From a virus, in the IMG/VR virus record IMGVR_UViG_3300021185_003853, positions 50,313 to 114,312 of that record: a stretch of DNA of 64,000 nucleotides. One strand, 5' to 3'. Positions 48,136 to 58,208 of this stretch are shown here, piece by piece; positions within the stretch are counted from its first letter, which is position 1; each line of letters begins with the position of its first letter. The notes below the pieces were generated by a model. It made no database searches, had not been told where the DNA came from, and worked only from the letters and a program-made list of their open reading frames with translations. Position numbers and translations under genes: made by a program.

Positions 48136-51100
48136 GTGCCTGCTCAATATAATTCACGTAAAATACCTCATCTAGAAAATATTTCAGTTTGGTATGATGT
48201 TTCGAACCCAAAATGTTTTAACATAACCGAAGCGATATACGGCGGCAATCAACCATTGCCGTATACTACCGAACTTCAAGCATCTCAACATTTTGAGAAG
48301 TATGTAGGCACATCAACTAACTATGACTTTTCACATTTAACACTTTCTACTAACGGGCCATATACCGATGCCGGTACAGGTAATACCCTACATATCAAGT
48401 TTAATGGACCTTCACGCCCATATTTAGGTTTGCGAGATTTATCGGGCAACAACAGGTCAGCAACCCTTTTTACAAATCCGTTAACCGCTATCAGTTCCTC
48501 AAGTTTTTCGGGGTATGATGAATCAACAAACAAAAGTCGCACAGTTATTTTACCTTTAAAAGGCAAGTGGTATTTCGAACCTTGGGATCTAAAACATAAA
48601 GAATGGCACGCTGCTGAGATTGGACATCTCATTGAAAATGAAGAACCTGATAGAGAACATAATAATTCTGACACAGACCACCTTAAATTTCACATGGATA
48701 ATGCTCCAGCTTTTGCAGAGTTAGAAGAGATTGGTGTTCCGGCCGGGGTAGGCGGCAACACAAGACATCATGATGAATATTCATCTGATACTATGTATGG
48801 TTCGCCGTATCAAAAAAAATCTACATCGAGTAGCGGCGGCACCACAATAGACTTGTATTCAGCAAGACAGCAATATTGGTTAAGTAACTGGGAAGGGTTC
48901 AAAAACAAATACGGTTTGGTTGGTGGTCGTCCCGCTGGTGCTTTTTATGCAGCTATTAAATTCGGATATGTGACAAATTCAAATGCGGATACAGACGAAA
49001 CCCGACATAAAAGAGTTAATGGGCATAATAGTTGGAGGCTTGTAATAGACGGAATGCAGGTTCGAAGCAGGTCTTTAAAGGATCAATCTGACACTGGGTG
49101 GGTTCAGGGACAATTAAAACCAGGAGATGTTATAGATTGTCAATATATTTATCAAGATCACTTTAAAGCTGACCAATATGATTTTGAATATAGAGCATTG
49201 GGAATGTGGGAAATTGGTCCTCCAGTTCTTGTTGATTTTGATCAAAGTCAAACAAACAATACTGACGGATTCTTGAGTAAAGGAACAGCATACCATGCAA
49301 TCAGGCCATGGAGGAGTAGCCCTAATGATTTCGGCCAGTTTCCTGATCCTAAATATACTCCCGGACAATTTCATCATCCTGACCCAAGACTCATCTTGAT
49401 GCATGAAAATAGTGTAAAGATTGAAAATTTAACATGTGAAAATGCATATACATCGCTCACACAATGGGATAGTGTAAAGCCTGCCGGACAAGGGACACCA
49501 GTAAACGGATATCTGTATGCGAATGGAGATTCTGATGTCGCAGTAAATAGTTTTGTGTGCGCTACAGGAATGCCATATGAGGATATTGATTTAAGAGCTG
49601 ATGTTAGTAACTCTACGTCTAGTAACAGTAGATTTTACAATGACCCTTATGGTTACAAATACGATTTCGAAAGAACATTATTAGTAAATAATACTACATT
49701 TCAAAATATAGTTGATCTTGATGATGACTCTGATTACGTTTACCACGTTTTTCTGTATACAGATGAAGGCGTTCTCGCATTATATGAGATAATGAGCTAT
49801 AGGTACCCATTAGACAACTCGGGTTCGAGTGGGATCACAAACCACCTGGTGCGAGGAGTCAGTTATCATGATGGCGGAAGTGTATATAGAGTGAATACAA
49901 GGCAGTATGAAAATAAAAGCTTATTAAAAGCCGGCGTAACTGGGTACACGATGATAATTGTTCGTGAAGATGAGGATGGTAGTTATCTTGAAGCTGGTGA
50001 CAACTATAATGCGTTTCCTCCTGTATATTATCCCGAAAAAGATTTACCTGGGTTCATTCAGTTAAATGCGGGATGTCACGCAGCTATGGGTTTAACTAAT
50101 CCAGATGATCCGTCAACTCCCCCATTGTGGGATGACCCAAAACATCCGTTCGTAGGAAAGGCACTATATGATCCTGAATCAGGACCGGCAGGCGATTTTG
50201 CAAGAGATTTTGACGAACTGTCAGAATTTTCTATATTCACCTGGGTGAGAAAATCTACTTTACAAAAAAGGGCATGGGAAGGCAAGGATGGCGGCAGTAA
50301 TTTTACTGCTAGTGACGGGGTTCGTTACAGTTATTATTCCCCGATAGTTAGTGCAGGGATACATCACTTCGAATTTATATTTAATAATTATGGTCAACTA
50401 CAGTTTCATATGTCACAAGCATCAAACCGAAGAGGGTCTTGGGTAGACACTACGGGCGATTATCCTGATCTGAACGTCTTAAGAACAACTAAAAGAGTTA
50501 TGTGGGGATCTCCGGAATGGGTTTTAGTGGGTATGACTTATAGCGCTAGCACTAATAAACTTAAGTTATTTGTGAACGGAAAAGTAGAAGCAGAGTTGAC
50601 AGGACAAACTTTATTCCCTATAGGCGGAACCGCTCTTTCAGGCGATTATGAAGGATATAGTACAACGGTGGATGATTGGGGAAATAGTGCTCATCCTACA
50701 AGAATAATGTTAGGTACTAGTTCGGTTAATAGTGAATATCGTACTGCCACCGGGTTTACAGTTGGCAGCAATTCTCTTACAAAACCACACTTATTTAAAG
50801 AACCTGATTCAACAAATAATTTAAAACCATACTCTCAATCAAAAGTTGCAGATATGCATATGAGTCAATTTTATATGTGGCACGATACTGTATTGTCTGA
50901 ACAAGATGCTGATCAATTATTTGTATCAACAAAAGGAAGATTCGGATTAACTGATTTATCTGTCCCATCTGTTTTGCCTGGCGCTAGTGCAATTAATTCT
51001 AATGTTCCTGGCGACCAAACTGGCGGTGGCGATACTGGCGGTGGCGATACAGGCGGCGGTGATACCACCACTACGCAACCCATTTATGAAACTATTACAA

Positions 51101-51933
51101 ATCTTATTCAAAATTATGATGAGGATACTCCATCAGGGGTAGTTGCTGCAGCGCTTGAAGACACTGTAAATGGTGCTGGCGTGAGAGTGCTTGCTGTTGT
51201 TGATAAAAACAGACAAATAGAAAAACTTGAAAAAATTAATAGTATTGCGGATTTACCTCAACCGGGAAGTTCTAATAATCTCGCTAATGATTACGGCACA
51301 GGTTGGAATGATAGCCATTTTAGTGCTAATATTGAATTAGGAGAAATTGCTAATTTTGATGATGTCGATCTTGACGGCAAAAAGTATTTGGGTATCGCTG
51401 GGTTCCACGATGGCAACTTCTTAGGCGTAACATTCTTGATTTTCAATGATCAATCTAATTCTACAATGGATGATCCTGTTAATGTTGTTGATTTAATTAA
51501 TCATAACGAAATGACGGGTTCTAGTACCCAATTAGGACATACCAGAGCGTTTCAGATAGAAGGGTTCACATATGACGTTAATCCTGGTAATAATAATAGC
51601 ATCGCAAGTCCAGACATTATTAAAACAACAACCTTAGGTACAAGTCAAAGTTGGATATTATCAACCAATCCACAATTGGATTCAGGGATAAATGCAGGTG
51701 CTGGTATTCCGAATTACTTCTACAGCAGTGCAACTCGAGATGTGCTAAGTAAAGATGACGGCGCTTGGGCGTGGCAAGCAGGCGTGGCTATACAAGGTAA
51801 TGGCACTCAACATTCCTTGAACGGTGGGTATGGTGTTGCAAACTTTAATAATACAGACGGCACATCAGCCATCAAAGCATTTTGGGGCACTGATAATGTT
51901 TATTCAAGTTTTAGATATTACATATTTACATAA
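48136..51933 (+). CDS. LamG/concanavalin-A-like domain protein with large insertions (putative receptor-binding)
   Basis: GTG start after GAGG; WYDVSNPKC, DLSGNNRSATL, FSIFTWV, WVLVGMTY..KLFVNG, VLSEQDADQLF..KGRFGL. Confidence 0.7.
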   Translation: MPAQYNSRKIPHLENISVWYDVSNPKCFNITEAIYGGNQPLPYTTELQASQHFEKYVGTSTNYDFSHLTLSTNGPYTDAGTGNTLHIKFNGPSRPYLGLRDLSGNNRSATLFTNPLTAISSSSFSGYDESTNKSRTVILPLKGKWYFEPWDLKHKEWHAAEIGHLIENEEPDREHNNSDTDHLKFHMDNAPAFAELEEIGVPAGVGGNTRHHDEYSSDTMYGSPYQKKSTSSSGGTTIDLYSARQQYWLSNWEGFKNKYGLVGGRPAGAFYAAIKFGYVTNSNADTDETRHKRVNGHNSWRLVIDGMQVRSRSLKDQSDTGWVQGQLKPGDVIDCQYIYQDHFKADQYDFEYRALGMWEIGPPVLVDFDQSQTNNTDGFLSKGTAYHAIRPWRSSPNDFGQFPDPKYTPGQFHHPDPRLILMHENSVKIENLTCENAYTSLTQWDSVKPAGQGTPVNGYLYANGDSDVAVNSFVCATGMPYEDIDLRADVSNSTSSNSRFYNDPYGYKYDFERTLLVNNTTFQNIVDLDDDSDYVYHVFLYTDEGVLALYEIMSYRYPLDNSGSSGITNHLVRGVSYHDGGSVYRVNTRQYENKSLLKAGVTGYTMIIVREDEDGSYLEAGDNYNAFPPVYYPEKDLPGFIQLNAGCHAAMGLTNPDDPSTPPLWDDPKHPFVGKALYDPESGPAGDFARDFDELSEFSIFTWVRKSTLQKRAWEGKDGGSNFTASDGVRYSYYSPIVSAGIHHFEFIFNNYGQLQFHMSQASNRRGSWVDTTGDYPDLNVLRTTKRVMWGSPEWVLVGMTYSASTNKLKLFVNGKVEAELTGQTLFPIGGTALSGDYEGYSTTVDDWGNSAHPTRIMLGTSSVNSEYRTATGFTVGSNSLTKPHLFKEPDSTNNLKPYSQSKVADMHMSQFYMWHDTVLSEQDADQLFVSTKGRFGLTDLSVPSVLPGASAINSNVPGDQTGGGDTGGGDTGGGDTTTTQPIYETITNLIQNYDEDTPSGVVAAALEDTVNGAGVRVLAVVDKNRQIEKLEKINSIADLPQPGSSNNLANDYGTGWNDSHFSANIELGEIANFDDVDLDGKKYLGIAGFHDGNFLGVTFLIFNDQSNSTMDDPVNVVDLINHNEMTGSSTQLGHTRAFQIEGFTYDVNPGNNNSIASPDIIKTTTLGTSQSWILSTNPQLDSGINAGAGIPNYFYSSATRDVLSKDDGAWAWQAGVAIQGNGTQHSLNGGYGVANFNNTDGTSAIKAFWGTDNVYSSFRYYIFT
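51020..51066 (+). repeat. Three 15-bp in-frame tandem units encoding a (GGGDT)3 linker
   Basis: ggcggtggcgatact ggcggtggcgataca ggcggcggtgatacc. Confidence 0.8.
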
Positions 51934-51943
51934 GGATAATTGA

Positions 51944-53209
51944 ATGGCATCAAAATTCGGAAAAGTTTTACCTGCACAATCGAATTTAACAAATTTGATA
52001 CTTCCTCATGTGTCGAAATGTTATCCCGGCACAGGGTCTATTGTAATTGATCTTGCTTCAAAGGATGAATACACATTCTTTTCGCCTGATGGATCAGACA
52101 TCGTTACTGGCGGCGATGATAGTTTGTTGTCAATTGCTACAGAAAATGCATCATCGGGTTTTTTCACATTTAATAGGGTGCATAATCCAGGTTATTCAGG
52201 TCAAAGGAAGTGGATAAAACATTCTGGGCCATTTAACTTAACCGAATCTGGCCAGATTGACGGAACTTCGTATAGCGACATAAATCCGTATGGTTATCCT
52301 AAAGGAAAGATAGCGTTAAATGCGTCTTCGCTCATATTGTCGGGAACTGATGATCAAGGTAAGGATCCTGAGTGTTGCATGATGATATGGATGAATGTTC
52401 CGAACTTTATAGGAGAACTTGCATTATTTCACGTACAAGCGAATGCTTATGACGGTGCAAATCAAAATGAAAACTGGAGTGAATTAAAATTTCATGCAAG
52501 AAATCATAATAATCATGATCAATGGTCTTTTGACTCTGAAGATTATGATTCATTAAATGTTAATAATCCCCATTTTATTTTGTTGCGTAGTGGTAGGTTT
52601 ACTAAAAGCACAGGCGTGAGAGGACAGGAGGCATTTCGAGTTCAAAAGGATGATTGGGTTTGTTTATTTGTAAATAGATCGAGAGTTGATTTGGGCAACC
52701 AAGGCGCAAACGGCGATTCTGATACAGATTATGATCCAGGGGGATCAGGTTCCGGCGTTCAAACAGGTGCGCAGGCAAACTATTATTCTATTCAAACACA
52801 TATGCAGATTCTAGCAGGTAGGAAATATAATTCTCCGCTGCAAAATAAGACTGAAACGATTCGAGTATCAGCTGATCTAACCGGCTCGAATCGTTTTAAA
52901 GCAAGCAAGGAAGACCAATTAATTGACGACAAAGATATACCGGGTGATCTTCCATTTAATTCTATTGGTAGTGAGTTTTGGGGGCATGTGGGTGTTATAG
53001 CAAAATGGGACAGAGCACTATCACAAGAAGAAATAAGAAAGGCGTATGACGTATACAGATCTATTTACGATAAACCCGAAGCAACACAAAGAACGTATAA
53101 ATGTCAAATAATTGATGGTGATGGGTTCCCTATAATTGACTCACAAAATCAATCAATAAACACAAATGATTTGAATTTATCAACCGCTGAGTTTGAAATA
53201 GGGTTATAA
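51944..53209 (+). CDS. Divergent LamG-like protein
   Basis: KCYPGTGS...DL start; MMIWMN; FWGHVGVIAKWDRALSQEEIRKAY. Confidence 0.65.
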   Translation: MASKFGKVLPAQSNLTNLILPHVSKCYPGTGSIVIDLASKDEYTFFSPDGSDIVTGGDDSLLSIATENASSGFFTFNRVHNPGYSGQRKWIKHSGPFNLTESGQIDGTSYSDINPYGYPKGKIALNASSLILSGTDDQGKDPECCMMIWMNVPNFIGELALFHVQANAYDGANQNENWSELKFHARNHNNHDQWSFDSEDYDSLNVNNPHFILLRSGRFTKSTGVRGQEAFRVQKDDWVCLFVNRSRVDLGNQGANGDSDTDYDPGGSGSGVQTGAQANYYSIQTHMQILAGRKYNSPLQNKTETIRVSADLTGSNRFKASKEDQLIDDKDIPGDLPFNSIGSEFWGHVGVIAKWDRALSQEEIRKAYDVYRSIYDKPEATQRTYKCQIIDGDGFPIIDSQNQSINTNDLNLSTAEFEIGL

Positions 53210-53212
53210 GTT

Positions 53213-54214
53213 ATGGGTGTAACTTCATCAGGATTTAGCTTACCAAAAACAGAAAAATTGGTTCACTATATAGATCTCAATAATCCTAAGTGTAACAAGT
53301 CATCAAACACAAATCCTTATGCGTTTAATGATATGTTAGTACGACAATTTTCATCAGATGGATTATCTTCAGATGAAAAATATTTGTGGAGAGCAAGAAG
53401 AGGAATACATAATGACCCGAATAATAACTATGAATTTCACCAGACGATATCAATTAGTTATCCGAACCTAGTAACAAACTATCTCGATTTTTCAAGATTG
53501 GTTGGGTTGCCTCGTGGTGATAGATGGATAAATTGCGCTACACAGGAGGATGGGTATAACGGCTCAACGAACAAGTTATTCTTAAATTGGTGGAATCCTG
53601 AAGGTTTTACTTTTACAATTTGGCTTAGACCTCAACCTGAGAGTTCTGATACAGGTAACCAGCATATTCTTTTCAACCAGAAAAGTTCGGGCGGTGATTC
53701 TCCTTACCTCATGCAATGGGATCCTGTTAACGAAAAAATTATACTCAACCCAGGGACATTTAATAACACCAATGCAGGGTCAGGAAATGGCGGCAGTAAT
53801 TTTGAAATAATCAATGCATCCGATAACATCATTGCTGAAGAGACAAAGTGGACTTGTTTAACTGTCGCAGGCAAACCCAGAACAATACAAGATTCAAACG
53901 AAGGTGTCCCTGAAATAGATGTATATGTCAACGGCGAAAAAGATTTCAGATCAAACTCTAGAAGACTTTTCGGGTGGTCGATTCCCGGCCTCAATGCCGG
54001 TAATGTATTTAATGGTATTGGTGCTACTAGATGGGTTGGTGACGCTTCGTATATGGTTGGGGGTATCCACCCCTCATTTGAAGGAGATATAGGTCCTTTG
54101 ATTATGTGGGAAACATTATTGACTGATGACGAAATAAAAAGTGCTTATGAACACACTAAAAAAACTGCTTTATATAAGAATTCCGGTGATCTTCAATATC
54201 AAGCAAATCCTTAA
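53213..54214 (+). CDS. LamG-like protein
   Basis: LVHYIDLNNPKC; FTFTIWLRP; WTCLTV; VYVNG; FEGDIGPLIMWETLLTDDEI. Confidence 0.7.
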   Translation: MGVTSSGFSLPKTEKLVHYIDLNNPKCNKSSNTNPYAFNDMLVRQFSSDGLSSDEKYLWRARRGIHNDPNNNYEFHQTISISYPNLVTNYLDFSRLVGLPRGDRWINCATQEDGYNGSTNKLFLNWWNPEGFTFTIWLRPQPESSDTGNQHILFNQKSSGGDSPYLMQWDPVNEKIILNPGTFNNTNAGSGNGGSNFEIINASDNIIAEETKWTCLTVAGKPRTIQDSNEGVPEIDVYVNGEKDFRSNSRRLFGWSIPGLNAGNVFNGIGATRWVGDASYMVGGIHPSFEGDIGPLIMWETLLTDDEIKSAYEHTKKTALYKNSGDLQYQANP

Positions 54215-54224
54215 CAACACATTA

Positions 54225-54232
54225 TATAAATA
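54225..54232 (+). promoter_or_regulatory. T4-type late promoter TATAAATA
   Basis: Exact consensus in the intergenic region. Confidence 0.85.
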
Positions 54233-54260
54233 CTTAAATAAACTATTTTAAGAGTGCGAA

Positions 54261-54800
54261 ATGGCAAATTCAGATAAAAATTTAACGATAACACCAGCAA
54301 CTGATTCAGGCGGATTGCCCACCATTGAATTTACGGGCGGTGATAATAATCCTAGCATACTTTTACGAGTTACAGATGATGGATCTTTATCATTTGAAGG
54401 CACCGCAGGACAACTTTTTAGTGTTGATAATAGTTTTGACGGAACTCTTTTTTCTGCTAATGACATTTCAGGTATTCCTAGTATTGATGTTGATTCTTTA
54501 GGAAAAGTTAGATTAGCACCATATAATGGGTACGTTGTAATAGGTGCGATAAATCAAGATACCGCAACGACAGGTGCCAGTATTAATGATGTGTTGCAAA
54601 TAGATGGCAATTGCTTTATCAACGGAAATGAATTTGTGACAGGGACTGTAACAGGAAGTGTCAACTTAAACGCAACTGCACCTGCAACCGATACAGAAAC
54701 AGGAACACCAGGCGAAATTAGAGTTGACGATCAATACATTTATGTATGTACTGCAACAGATACATGGAAGCGTGTACAACTCAATTTGACCAGTTGGTAA
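54261..54800 (+). CDS. Short fibre/whisker-like protein in the position of T4 wac
   Basis: GSLSFEGTAGQLFSV...DISGIPSIDV and C-terminal GTPGEIRVDDQYIYVCTATDTWKRV..W fibre motifs; immediately before gp13. Confidence 0.65.
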   Translation: MANSDKNLTITPATDSGGLPTIEFTGGDNNPSILLRVTDDGSLSFEGTAGQLFSVDNSFDGTLFSANDISGIPSIDVDSLGKVRLAPYNGYVVIGAINQDTATTGASINDVLQIDGNCFINGNEFVTGTVTGSVNLNATAPATDTETGTPGEIRVDDQYIYVCTATDTWKRVQLNLTSW

Positions 54801-54818
54801 TAATAATCGGAGATAATA

Positions 54819-55844
54819 ATGGCGCAGCCAACAACTAAAAAAGAATTCAAAGAATGGTGCCTCAGGAAACTAGGTAAACCAGTCATTGAGATTAATGTTG
54901 ACCAGGATCAAGTTGATGATCGTGTTGAAGAGGCATTGTCTTATTATTGGGATTATCATTTCGATGGTGCGGAAAGAACATATTTTAAGCATGAAATACA
55001 ATACTCTTATGTACAGGTCAGTACAGCATATTTCATTGACCCTGATGACCCAGCATTTAAAGTCGGCGATGTCTTAAGAGAAGTATCAGGGTCTTTGGCA
55101 GGACAAGAACAAGGCACTGCAACTGCAACTATTGCTAAAATAGATGCATCTGAAGGAAAGCTATTCTTTGCCAAACCGACCAAAGGAACATTTAGCGAAA
55201 GCGGATACGTGACAAGCGATACTTTCATAGCTAAACTTGCAACAGGCGGCAATTATCCTGCTGCAAGTATTGTTAGCAGATTTCAAAACTCAATAGAATT
55301 ACAATATATCGATGTGCCTGAAAACATAATCGGCGCAGTTAAGGTTTTTGAGTTAGGATCTAATATCACTGCTGGTTCAGGTATGTTTAATGTTCAATAT
55401 CAATTTGTTTTAAACAACTTACACGATATTGTCAACTACAATTTAGCACATTTTTATATGTCAATGCAAAATTTGCAGTTCATGGAAGAGTTGCTTGTCG
55501 GCATGACACCTATGAGATACAATCGACATATAAATCGAATTATGCTAGATACAAAATGGGATAGATTGCAAGTCGGACAACATATTGTTGTTGAAGCATA
55601 CAAGATCGTTGATCCTGAAGTGTATCAAGATGTTTATAAAGATCGATGGCTGCAAAACTATGCATCAGCGAAGATCAAGTATCAATGGGGTTCAAACCTT
55701 ACTAAATTTAATGGCATGACATTACCTGGTAATGTGCAGTTTAACGGCGAACAAATTTTAAACGATGCTCGAGAGGAAATACAACGGCTGGAAGAGGATA
55801 TGATTACTTCATACTCTTTGCCCGTTATGGACATGATAGGATAG
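54819..55844 (+). CDS. gp13: Neck protein gp13 with ~95 aa insertion
   Basis: CLRKLGKPVIEINV, DYHFDG, QWGSNLTKFNGMTLPG and terminal DMIG. Confidence 0.95.
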   Translation: MAQPTTKKEFKEWCLRKLGKPVIEINVDQDQVDDRVEEALSYYWDYHFDGAERTYFKHEIQYSYVQVSTAYFIDPDDPAFKVGDVLREVSGSLAGQEQGTATATIAKIDASEGKLFFAKPTKGTFSESGYVTSDTFIAKLATGGNYPAASIVSRFQNSIELQYIDVPENIIGAVKVFELGSNITAGSGMFNVQYQFVLNNLHDIVNYNLAHFYMSMQNLQFMEELLVGMTPMRYNRHINRIMLDTKWDRLQVGQHIVVEAYKIVDPEVYQDVYKDRWLQNYASAKIKYQWGSNLTKFNGMTLPGNVQFNGEQILNDAREEIQRLEEDMITSYSLPVMDMIG

Positions 55845-55848
55845 CTTC

Positions 55849-56853
55849 ATGGCTAAAAATTATTATTTCGAAAATTTTGAAAACTCGATGGAGCAAACTC
55901 TTATTGAGGACCTCGTTATAGAGTCAATTAAAATTTTCGGCGTTGACTGCTTCTATGTCACCAAAACAAAGAAAACGAAAACTGCTGTATTAACAGTAGG
56001 TGCTAATGCGATTTGCACTCTTGACAATGGTTCTGTTGTGACTAATGATTCTAATGAGTTGCCGACATTTCTAAACAACGGATACGGATATCTTGCAGTA
56101 CCCACAGTTACATTTGAGGAACCTCCTGCAGGCGGAACTCGAGCAGAAGGCGTAGCAACTATCGTTCGAGGAATAGTAACAAAAATAGATGTCACTAATG
56201 CAGGAACCGGGTACACTTCTGTACCGTCAATTACGATTCAAACTCCTGATGATACTAATGTGGGACAACACGCCTTTGTAGATGGCGGATACGATGATTT
56301 GTTAAATGAAGACGATCTTCCCGGGTATAATTCAGCACTAGAAGTTGAAATGTATGTTAAAAATGTTGACGGATTCGAAGGTGAAGGCGACTTCTTGTCA
56401 AAATTCGGTTTACAAATTCGTGATTCAATGACGCTAACAGTTGCAATGAGAACATGGGAAAATGAAATAGGAGCGAATATACAAGATGATCGCACTCGTC
56501 CATTTGAAGGCGATTTAATATATTTCCCATTGAATAAAAAAGTTTTCAAAATCATGCATGTTGAACACGAGTCTATTTTCTATCAAATGGGATCGCTGCA
56601 AACATATGATTTAAAATGTGAATTGTTTGAGTACAGTAACGAACAATTTAATACAGGTGTACAGGAAATTGATACGCTATATGATGCATATAAAACTGTT
56701 GTTACTGGAGCGACATCTGGCGTTGATACCCCAGCCGCAAATGTAGAATCAGTTGATACCCTTGCAGACAACTTTACAATAGAACAAGTAGGAGATAATA
56801 TTCTTGATTTCAGTGAAGGAAATCCATTCGGTGAAGGCGAGGATTGGTTATAA
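55849..56853 (+). CDS. gp14: Neck protein gp14 with ~105 aa insertion
   Basis: EQTLIEDLVIESIKIFG, GDFLSKFGLQIRD, RPFEGDLIYFP, FYQMG, CELFEYS and DFSEGNPFG. Confidence 0.95.
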   Translation: MAKNYYFENFENSMEQTLIEDLVIESIKIFGVDCFYVTKTKKTKTAVLTVGANAICTLDNGSVVTNDSNELPTFLNNGYGYLAVPTVTFEEPPAGGTRAEGVATIVRGIVTKIDVTNAGTGYTSVPSITIQTPDDTNVGQHAFVDGGYDDLLNEDDLPGYNSALEVEMYVKNVDGFEGEGDFLSKFGLQIRDSMTLTVAMRTWENEIGANIQDDRTRPFEGDLIYFPLNKKVFKIMHVEHESIFYQMGSLQTYDLKCELFEYSNEQFNTGVQEIDTLYDAYKTVVTGATSGVDTPAANVESVDTLADNFTIEQVGDNILDFSEGNPFGEGEDWL

Positions 56854-57800
56854 TGTTCGGAAATAAATTCTATCATCAAACAACTCGCAGGTATGTTGCA
56901 CTTTTCGGAACATTATTCAATGATATTATAATTGAACGAAAGGACAATTCTGGGCAATTAATTCAGTCAATGAAAGTGCCTATTCACTATGCTCCTATGG
57001 AAAAAATCCTTGCGAAGATTGAGCAAGACCCTGGTCTGAATAACCCTGCAGGAATGACGTTGCCGAGAATGTCATTCGAAATAGTTAATATGAATTTTGC
57101 TCCAGAAAGAAAATTAACATCATTGACTAAAAACACAAGGGTCTCAGATACAAATGATATACAGTCGTCTCAGTTCGTTCCTGCGCCATATGATATTGAA
57201 TTTCAACTAAATATTATGACAAAGCATACTGAAGACGGATTGAAGATCATAGAACAAATTATGCCTTTCTTCAAACCTGATTTCACAGCATCTGTAAAGT
57301 TGGTTGATGATATGGATTTATATGTCGATGTTCCTGTCATAATGAATAATATAACGATGAGCGATGAGTACGAAGGTGATTTCACAACAAGGCGTGTTTT
57401 AAATTGGTCGCTAAGTTTTACTATCAAAGGTTATTATTTTGGGCCTGTTACAAACAAAAAAGTTATTAAGTTTGTTGAGACGCAAACATACGAAGATTTA
57501 CCTTTCGTAAATCCTGCAGATCAACCCGCATTGCAACAATATACAGTACAACCAGGTGATCGTGTTACTTCAGGATCTTTCCAGGCAGCGAAAACATATA
57601 GGATATTAAATCTTGGCCAAGGCACATCACAGCAATGGAATGATGTTGCAGGAACAACTGGCGTAACATATGATATTGGAACGCAATTTACAGCGCAAAA
57701 CGATGGCAGTGCGATAACCGGCGGCATTGCAACATTAACATACTCTTATTTTGATGAAGATGATAATTGGAGTGCTATTGTAGTAATTGATGAGGATTAA
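56853..57800 (+). CDS. gp15: Tail sheath stabilizer/terminator gp15 with C-terminal module
   Basis: MFG..FYH, FGTLFNDI, VPIHYAP, LPRMSFE, QIMPFFKP. Start is ATG 56853, overlapping the gp14 stop (TAATG). Confidence 0.95.
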   Translation: MFGNKFYHQTTRRYVALFGTLFNDIIIERKDNSGQLIQSMKVPIHYAPMEKILAKIEQDPGLNNPAGMTLPRMSFEIVNMNFAPERKLTSLTKNTRVSDTNDIQSSQFVPAPYDIEFQLNIMTKHTEDGLKIIEQIMPFFKPDFTASVKLVDDMDLYVDVPVIMNNITMSDEYEGDFTTRRVLNWSLSFTIKGYYFGPVTNKKVIKFVETQTYEDLPFVNPADQPALQQYTVQPGDRVTSGSFQAAKTYRILNLGQGTSQQWNDVAGTTGVTYDIGTQFTAQNDGSAITGGIATLTYSYFDEDDNWSAIVVIDED

Positions 57801-57803
57801 AAT

Positions 57804-58208
57804 ATGAAGGAAATTAGTGACTCATTAGGAATGGTTCCTTTGCCCGAAAATGAGACTACAACATTAACTAGAGTTCCTGCGAGTGATTCTAAAGTTGAAA
57901 ATGCTGATAAGGATTATGAATACGCAAGAGAAAACTTTTATAATGTAATTGAAAAGGGCACATATGCGCTTGAAGAGATGTTAGAAGTTGCGAAGGCATC
58001 AGAACATCCTCGTGCATATGAAGTCGTATCTACGATTATGAAAACTCTCGTTGATGCTAACAAAGATCTTGTCACAATGTCTGATAAGAAAGTTAAAGAT
58101 GCACCACAAGAAGAGCAAACTCAAGGCACAGTCAACAACAACTTGTTCGTAGGTTCAACAAACGAACTACAGAAAGTGTTGAAGGATATTCGTAAAGATG
58201 AATCTTGA
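57804..58208 (+). CDS. gp16: Terminase small subunit gp16
   Basis: DYEYAREN, SEHPRAYEV and NNLFVGSTNELQK. Confidence 0.95.
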   Translation: MKEISDSLGMVPLPENETTTLTRVPASDSKVENADKDYEYARENFYNVIEKGTYALEEMLEVAKASEHPRAYEVVSTIMKTLVDANKDLVTMSDKKVKDAPQEEQTQGTVNNNLFVGSTNELQKVLKDIRKDES

